32,000 bases of DNA. It comes from Candidatus Heimdallarchaeota archaeon. Lineage in GTDB: Archaea; Asgardarchaeota; Heimdallarchaeia; Heimdallarchaeales; Kariarchaeaceae. A program made the position numbers and the translations under genes. The stretch lies in contig JASBSB010000001.1 of assembly GCA_030149205.1 (NCBI GenBank), positions 480,001 through 512,000 on the forward strand, in the 5' to 3' direction. The notes below the pieces were generated by a model, which saw nothing but the letters and a program-made list of their open reading frames with translations, made no database searches and was not told the origin of the DNA. Below are positions 26,427 to 32,000 of this stretch, in pieces; the first letter of the stretch is position 1; every line of letters begins with the position of its first letter.

Positions 26427-27232
26427 TCAAAAAAATCGATCAGTGTAAGCTGTTCTTCAGATTTGTCAAGCTTTTGAGAGATTACACTGTTTCTCTCTTT
26501 GTATGGGTGGGCAAGCAGTCTGTCTGAAAATTCTCCAGATTCTGAGGTATGAAGCTGTAAATGAACCTTTGCCCCGTATGCCAATGATTTTGGAATGTCA
26601 ACTGGTCTTGCCTCTGGTGTAACTCGTTCTCTTGACTGAATTTTACGATTGAGATTATCTGTAAGAATAACAGTGGCATTATTTAAAGCCAGTTTTTTTA
26701 GTGTCCCGACAACACTCGAGAGGAGCATATAGTTATTCTGATCGAGCTCAGAGTTTATTGCTGGTTCCAAAAACAGTTCTGACACAGATGTGACGACCAC
26801 CAAATTTTCTTTCTCTGAAGAAAGCTGAGAAGTTAGATTGTTTACTATTTCTTGTGTTTGAAACATCTGAAATGGCCGGGCGATTTTTATTTGTTCAAGA
26901 ACTTCAATGGTTGAGATACTGCTGTTATATGCAATTTCATCCAGATTATGTGGGTTGAAACAATTTGCATTATCAACAAGGAGGACAAAATACCCGCTAA
27001 TTATCGCATCAACCATGACCTTGTGAAGAGTGGTGTGCAGTTCCCTTAAGGTATTACTCTCCACAAGATGCAGTGTGGCAGGCTCCCATTTATCAAGCAG
27101 GACACCCAATCGAGGGTACCTCCAAACTGGAAGCGACAAGCGGATGGATGGTTGCAAGAAAGATTCTGCTGATAGTAGGGAAGCATGCACATTATGATTT
27201 TTATTCAAGGTATTTAAACAACTGAACCTCAA
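26423..27232 (-). CDS. Inactivated RadA/Rad51-like ATPase (arCOG07300-like) with C-terminal PIP box
   Basis: VLLVDNANCFNPH.L, VLEQIKIARPFQMFQ and LVVVTSVSELF match the RecA core. No Walker A GKT. Ends in QLTLIDFFD. Start uncertain (TTG 27232 or GTG 27190). Confidence 0.75.
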   Translation of the reverse strand: MRFSCLNTLNKNHNVHASLLSAESFLQPSIRLSLPVWRYPRLGVLLDKWEPATLHLVESNTLRELHTTLHKVMVDAIISGYFVLLVDNANCFNPHNLDEIAYNSSISTIEVLEQIKIARPFQMFQTQEIVNNLTSQLSSEKENLVVVTSVSELFLEPAINSELDQNNYMLLSSVVGTLKKLALNNATVILTDNLNRKIQSRERVTPEARPVDIPKSLAYGAKVHLQLHTSESGEFSDRLLAHPYKERNSVISQKLDKSEEQLTLIDFFD

Positions 27233-27318
27233 TTATTTTGGAGGATTATAGAAATATACCCACAGAAAAGGTGAAAATTAAAAACCATTTCATAACTATA
27301 GTTTAGGAATAAAAAGAT

Positions 27319-28062
27319 ATGAAATATATAGTAGAGACAGAAAACCTGATGAAACACTATGAGAAAGGAAAGATCAAAGCTGTTAATGGGTTGAATCTGA
27401 AGATCAAAGAGGGAGAGATCTATGCCTTTATTGGGGCAAATGGAAGTGGTAAAAGCACAACCATAAATATGATCACTGGAGTGTTAAAACCAACATCAGG
27501 ACACATTAAGGTAATGGGATATGACATGGTCAAGAACCGTCATAAACTTTCACAGTACATTGGGGTGGCACCTCAAGATTACAGTGTATACACCGATCTA
27601 AGTGTTGAGGAAAATGTGATGTTTTTCAGCAGAATGTATGGTGTAAAAGGAAAAATAGCGAGAGAAAGAATGAAGAGCATTTTAACCATCTTAAGACTGG
27701 AAGAACGACGTAAAGAGAGGGTGAAAAACCTTTCAGGGGGGATGAAACGAAGAGTTTCTATTGCCTGTGCATTAATTCATAACCCAAAAATCCTATTGTT
27801 TGATGAAGCAACTGTTGGGGTGGACCCAGTATTACGACGTGATTTCTGGGAGTATTTCAGATCCCTTAAAGAAAATGGACAAACTCTAATTATTACAAGT
27901 CATGTGATGGATGAGGCAGAAAGAGCGGATCGGATTGGACTTATCAGGGCTGGTGTATTGATTGAGGAAGGTACTCCCGCAGCGTTAAAAAACAAATACA
28001 ATGCGCAAACAATAGAAGATGTGTTTTTGACATTATCAGGAGATGAAGCAGTAGATGAGTGA
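27319..28062 (+). CDS. ABC-2 type exporter ATP-binding subunit
   Basis: Walker A GANGSGKST, signature LSGGMKRR, Walker B LLFDEATVGVDP and H-loop TSH. Confidence 0.95.
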   Translation: MKYIVETENLMKHYEKGKIKAVNGLNLKIKEGEIYAFIGANGSGKSTTINMITGVLKPTSGHIKVMGYDMVKNRHKLSQYIGVAPQDYSVYTDLSVEENVMFFSRMYGVKGKIARERMKSILTILRLEERRKERVKNLSGGMKRRVSIACALIHNPKILLFDEATVGVDPVLRRDFWEYFRSLKENGQTLIITSHVMDEAERADRIGLIRAGVLIEEGTPAALKNKYNAQTIEDVFLTLSGDEAVDE

Positions 28063-29209
28063 AAAATTGAAGAGTCCAGGGATGTTCTCTGTCAGACGGA
28101 CATTTTATGTATCAACAAGAGTGTTAAGACAGTTTGTAAGAGACAGAAGAACCTTTGGAATGATGATTATGATGCCTATTCTTATAATGTTAATATTTGG
28201 ATTTGCTCTCAGTGGTGAGGTCACCAATGTTCCAATCATCGTACAAAATAGCGATCAGGGAGCAACTGTGTTTGGAAACTCAGTTAACTTTGGTTCAAAA
28301 CTAACTGACAGCCTAGGAAAAGATTCAAGGGTCTCAGTGACATTGGGAGATTATCAAGCAGGAATAACTGAAATTGATAATGCAAAAGGATATTTCGCTT
28401 CAATATTGATACCTAAAAACTTCACGAATGAGATCCTTGCCAAATTAAATAAACAACCTGTAAACATCACTATAAATCTGTATATTGACAAAACTAAGCC
28501 TGCGATAAGGGCATCAATTCTTGGAGCAATAGGAGATGCAATCAAATCTCTTTCAGGGCAGTCATTTATCAATGTAGATGAAATTGGTGCATTTGGAGGG
28601 GCTAGTTACTCTGGGCTTGATGTCGCCGTACCATCGGTTATGGGACTTGTATTGACATTTTTGGTGTTACTGGTTTCTCTTCTAACTGCTATACGTGAGG
28701 ACTTAGGAGGAACGAAGTTTAGGTTATTAAGTACCCCTTTAACTGCAAGAGAGAAGGTAATTGGGTATGTTGCAGCCCTCACACTCTTTGCACTTGTTGA
28801 GGCAATGTTGGTTCTTGTGTTTGGGGTATATCTGTTTGGAGCAACAGTGAAGGGGAATATTTGGCTGTTGGTGTTTTCAGCATTTATTTATGGGATGGTA
28901 AATGTGTTCCTGGCAATATTTCTTTCTAACTTTGTAGAAAATGAATTACAAGCTGTCCAAATGGGACCATTAATTGCATTTCCAAGTATGGCGTTAAGTG
29001 GTATGCTGGTTCCAGTTGAGAGTATGCCCCCAGTGGCTCAATTCTTCTCTCAATTTATTCCAATGACTTATGCCATTAATATCTTTGAGGGGATTATGTT
29101 GAAAGGATTTTCATTTGACAAATTGGTTCCACAATTTCAAGCTCTTGGGATATTTGCACTTATCTTCCTTCTGTTCTCATTTTTATCAAGTAGAGACACA
29201 ATGAAATAG
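28055..29209 (+). CDS. ABC-2 type exporter permease (YbhS/YhhJ-like)
   Basis: One TM, an extracellular domain, then 5 TMs; LSGMLVPVESMP and IPMTYA motifs. Overlaps the ATPase gene by 8 nt. Confidence 0.92.
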   Translation: MSEKLKSPGMFSVRRTFYVSTRVLRQFVRDRRTFGMMIMMPILIMLIFGFALSGEVTNVPIIVQNSDQGATVFGNSVNFGSKLTDSLGKDSRVSVTLGDYQAGITEIDNAKGYFASILIPKNFTNEILAKLNKQPVNITINLYIDKTKPAIRASILGAIGDAIKSLSGQSFINVDEIGAFGGASYSGLDVAVPSVMGLVLTFLVLLVSLLTAIREDLGGTKFRLLSTPLTAREKVIGYVAALTLFALVEAMLVLVFGVYLFGATVKGNIWLLVFSAFIYGMVNVFLAIFLSNFVENELQAVQMGPLIAFPSMALSGMLVPVESMPPVAQFFSQFIPMTYAINIFEGIMLKGFSFDKLVPQFQALGIFALIFLLFSFLSSRDTMK

Positions 29210-29230
29210 ATACTAAAGAGAGAACACTTC

Positions 29231-30166
29231 TCAGATTTGATTTATGATTTCGTCATTAAAATATTGCAAATCTCTGTTTACATTAGTTTTATGTAGGACT
29301 GGAGCAATAACCATCATCTTTATGTGATTATCCTCTAAAAGTCTTAGTTTCTCAATAATTTCTTCATTGGTTCCAATCAGATATCCCTCTCTAATTTCAC
29401 TTCTTGAAAGTTTCATCCTCTTAGAGAGCTGATTTAGATGATCATTTATTTCAACTTCATTTCTACCTAAATAAACTCCAGCAAATCCTGACATTGTATA
29501 ATCTTCCAAACTTTTTCCAATTAAATTTGCTTCTTTTTCGAATTTCCTTATTAAACTTAACATTGTTGGGATATGCCTCTCGGAAAGATTCATGCCATCT
29601 GCATGTAGAGCGCTAATTCTCATCATACGAGCTCCCTGCCCTCCAACGATTATCTTCATTGGTTTTTGTATTGGTTGAGGTAAATTGATTGCCCCTTTGA
29701 GTGTCCAAAATTTTCCATTAAAATCTGTGGATTCCTGAGAAAGCATCATTCTTAATATTTGTAGAGATTCTTCTAATCTGTCTACTCGCTCTTTTGCAGA
29801 AGGCATTCCTGATCCATTTTCCATCAAATCATATCCTTCATATTCTTGAGAATTCCATCCGGCACCTATTAAAAGATCATACCTTCCACCAATCATACTA
29901 TCCAAAGTGCTGACAGACTTAGCAAGAAAAGCAGGGTTTCTTAAGCTGTTAAAGAGAACTATATGTCCAATTCGAATTTTAGATGTTAACAACCCTATAC
30001 CTGTCATAACTGTCCATGCTTCAAGATACGATTCAAACCCTTCATCCGCAAATCCTATAACATGATCATTAATGAATACACCATAATAGCCAAGCTCTTC
30101 AGCCAACTTTGATTGATCAATCATTTCACTAAATGTGGGTTTTCTTATGTATGCTCCAAAATCCAT
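29231..30166 (-). CDS. LLM (luciferase-like) flavin/F420-dependent oxidoreductase
   Basis: AEELGY..VFINDH, EAWTVM, TSKIRIGHIV..NSLRNPAFLAK, GGRYDLLIGAGW, P.P.Q.P and IIVGGQG motifs. Confidence 0.88.
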   Translation of the reverse strand: MDFGAYIRKPTFSEMIDQSKLAEELGYYGVFINDHVIGFADEGFESYLEAWTVMTGIGLLTSKIRIGHIVLFNSLRNPAFLAKSVSTLDSMIGGRYDLLIGAGWNSQEYEGYDLMENGSGMPSAKERVDRLEESLQILRMMLSQESTDFNGKFWTLKGAINLPQPIQKPMKIIVGGQGARMMRISALHADGMNLSERHIPTMLSLIRKFEKEANLIGKSLEDYTMSGFAGVYLGRNEVEINDHLNQLSKRMKLSRSEIREGYLIGTNEEIIEKLRLLEDNHIKMMVIAPVLHKTNVNRDLQYFNDEIINQI

Positions 30167-30240
30167 TTGTTTTAATTTTGTGAGACTTTAGATACTTTAT
30201 GATTACGGAGACATTAACAAATATAGTTTATACGTCAATT

Positions 30241-31476
30241 TCAATCAGCAAATACTTTATCTTGCAATATCTGTTCAGCCATTGAAAGTGCTTGTTCAAG
30301 GTCATCAATAATGTCCTCAATATTCTCTATCCCTACAGATAGTCTGATGTAAGTGTCGGTAATATGAGCTTTTAATCTATCTTCTGGATCTACTATAGCA
30401 TGTGTTGTCGATGCAGGATGAGTAATGAGGCTTTCAACTCCACCAAGAGAGACAGCCCTTGTGATCAATTTTAATGAATCTACGAATTTTGTTGCAACTT
30501 CGAATCCTCCCTTAATTTCGAAACCAATCATTGCACCGTAACCTTGTGCTTGTTTGCTTGCTAATTGATGTTGAGGGTGGGAAGGTAAACCAGGATAATA
30601 CACCTTTTCAATCATACCGTGCTTATTCAGAAAGTTCGCAACCTGTCTTCCATTTTCTTCATGTACCTTCATGCGAAGTTCTAATGTTTTCAGTCCTCGA
30701 GAAATAAGAAAAGCTTCAAATGGGCTTGACATCCCACCGTTATGAACAGCTTTCATTCTACACTCTGCAATGCCTTCTGTCTTACCACAGATTACTCCAG
30801 CTATAAGGTCTGATTGCCCGTTAAGATATTTTGTTGCTGAATGAACCACAAAATCGACCCCTAAATTTAATGGTTTCAGAAGACTAGGGGACATGAATGT
30901 AGAATCAACAGCTGTGATTATGTGATGCCCATCATATGAATTGGCAATATCAACAACAGCTTTAATGTCGATGACTTTTAAAGTCGGATTTGAGGGGATT
31001 TCAAAGTAAAGCATCCTTGTGTTTTCTTGAATACTTTCTTTAATTTGACTGTGATCGGTAAAATCTACAAGCGTAACCTCTATTCCATATTTTTCAAGTT
31101 CATGGGTTAACAAACTCAATGTTCCCCCATACAAGGTGTTATCCGCTAATATATGGTCTCCAGATTTTAAAATTGTATAAAACAATGTGGAGATGGCAGC
31201 CATTCCACTGGCAAGAAGAAGAGCAGCTTCTGCATTTTCTAAGGCCGCTATCCTATACTCAGTGTCTCTGATCGTGGGGTTTGCAAGTCTACCATAGGTG
31301 TAACCATTGGGGTCTTCTCCAGCAAATATCTTTCGGCCATGCTCAACACTTGTAAATGCAAAAGTTGAGGAAGCGTAAATTGGAGGATTCACTGAATGTG
31401 GGTACATATCTGTCCAATCCAAGCCCCCATGTATTGCTTTGGTTCTTTCTCCAAAGGCTTTTTGTTTGTTATCCAT
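30241..31476 (-). CDS. PLP-dependent trans-sulfuration enzyme (methionine gamma-lyase/cystathionine gamma-synthase family)
   Basis: PPIYASSTF, YGRLANPT, SGMAAI, FEIPSNP, HSATKY (PLP Lys), AVSLGGVESL and IRLSVGIE motifs. Confidence 0.92.
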   Translation of the reverse strand: MDNKQKAFGERTKAIHGGLDWTDMYPHSVNPPIYASSTFAFTSVEHGRKIFAGEDPNGYTYGRLANPTIRDTEYRIAALENAEAALLLASGMAAISTLFYTILKSGDHILADNTLYGGTLSLLTHELEKYGIEVTLVDFTDHSQIKESIQENTRMLYFEIPSNPTLKVIDIKAVVDIANSYDGHHIITAVDSTFMSPSLLKPLNLGVDFVVHSATKYLNGQSDLIAGVICGKTEGIAECRMKAVHNGGMSSPFEAFLISRGLKTLELRMKVHEENGRQVANFLNKHGMIEKVYYPGLPSHPQHQLASKQAQGYGAMIGFEIKGGFEVATKFVDSLKLITRAVSLGGVESLITHPASTTHAIVDPEDRLKAHITDTYIRLSVGIENIEDIIDDLEQALSMAEQILQDKVFAD

Positions 31477-31709
31477 TTAATTCAACCTCAGTTTGATAGT
31501 AAATTAACAATTTGTCAAACTTACAATCAACTTACAAATATTATATATCTTCGTATGTTAATAATATGGTTGTTTAATAGGATTCACAATGTAAAATTCA
31601 TAATTTGAGTATATTAAGTATATTGAATATTGGTTACATAATGTAAATAATTCATCAGAATAACTATTCAATTTGAATACATTTTTTTGTATCCAATTTT
31701 TGAAAACTT
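31477..31709. promoter_or_regulatory. Divergent promoter region with repeated TTACA/TGTAA half-sites
   Basis: Perfect palindrome TTACAT-A-ATGTAA at 31634-31646. Further TTACA at 31521 and 31532, and TGTAA at 31590. Confidence 0.4.
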
Positions 31710-32000
31710 ATGAATTCTAAAAATCGATTTTATGTAGAAGATCACTCAACTTGGTTAATTGATCATCTTCTTGAAGAAAATTCGATTGATCAAATTGATA
31801 CCAAGATTCTAAAAGAATTATTTCAAGACAGTCGAACGTCTATTCAAGAATTAGCAAACAAATGTAAAATATCTCGTCCAACCGTGTATGAAAGAATCAA
31901 AAAATTAAAACAAAGAGGCCTCATTCGAAAATTTCAAATTGAATTTGACTTTGAAGCAGCGGGAATGCAGTTAAACGCGTTTATTTTAGTTAGCTATAAT
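31710..32000 (+). CDS. Lrp/AsnC-family transcriptional regulator (runs off the window end)
   Basis: Not in the ORF track. Own translation from ATG 31710: MNSKNRF...IDQIDTKILKELFQDSRTSIQELANKCKISRPTVYERIKKLKQRGLIRKFQIEFDFEAAGMQLNAFILV, a typical AsnC HTH. Confidence 0.9.
   Translation, partial: MNSKNRFYVEDHSTWLIDHLLEENSIDQIDTKILKELFQDSRTSIQELANKCKISRPTVYERIKKLKQRGLIRKFQIEFDFEAAGMQLNAFILVSYN

Noticed and set aside
237-31608. Short ORF-track entries overlapping real genes (e.g. 237-464, 1245-1568, 4537-4803, 7208-7402, 14852-15376, 15747-16076, 24583-24921, 31396-31608)
   Set aside because: They are antisense or alternate-frame shadows of well-supported genes, with no recognisable motifs.
1-32000. 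CRISPR arrays, IS elements, rRNA/tRNA, or Sec/Pyl read-through
   Set aside because: No regularly spaced repeats, transposase motifs or terminal inverted repeats were seen. Recognisable genes look full length at their stops, so no read-through is needed to explain them.

Overview
AT-rich archaeal chromosomal window, most likely from an Asgard (Heimdallarchaeia-like) archaeon. This is inferred from two longin-type domains, an archaeal tRNA-splicing endonuclease, GGTGA/GGAGG ribosome-binding sites and TATA-like promoters. It contains: (1) the membrane-arm genes of a complex I-like enzyme (nuoH-J-K-L, an unrelated membrane gene, nuoM-N); (2) housekeeping and metabolic genes (parvulin, AlaX, HD hydrolase, pyruvate kinase, UppP, GNAT, EndA, PlsY, RidA, GH13 amylase, ABC-2 exporter, LLM oxidoreductase, trans-sulfuration lyase with a divergent Lrp). 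The best candidate for an undescribed system is a tightly coupled three-gene operon (10253-14063, minus strand): two divergent CetZ/FtsZ/tubulin-superfamily GTPases flank an unknown 6-7 TM membrane protein, and their GTPase motifs appear to have degenerated in complementary ways. The second highlight is that NuoL carries an extra ~28-aa unit in its lateral helix, the signature of '2M' complex I, although only one nuoM is present here. Other leads are a SNAP/TPR-Ig-coiled-coil protein, a receiver-longin fusion, a longin ending in a CaaX-like motif, and an inactive RadA paralog ending in a PIP box. No tRNA, rRNA, CRISPR array or transposase was seen. All family calls come from motif recognition by eye, without database searches.
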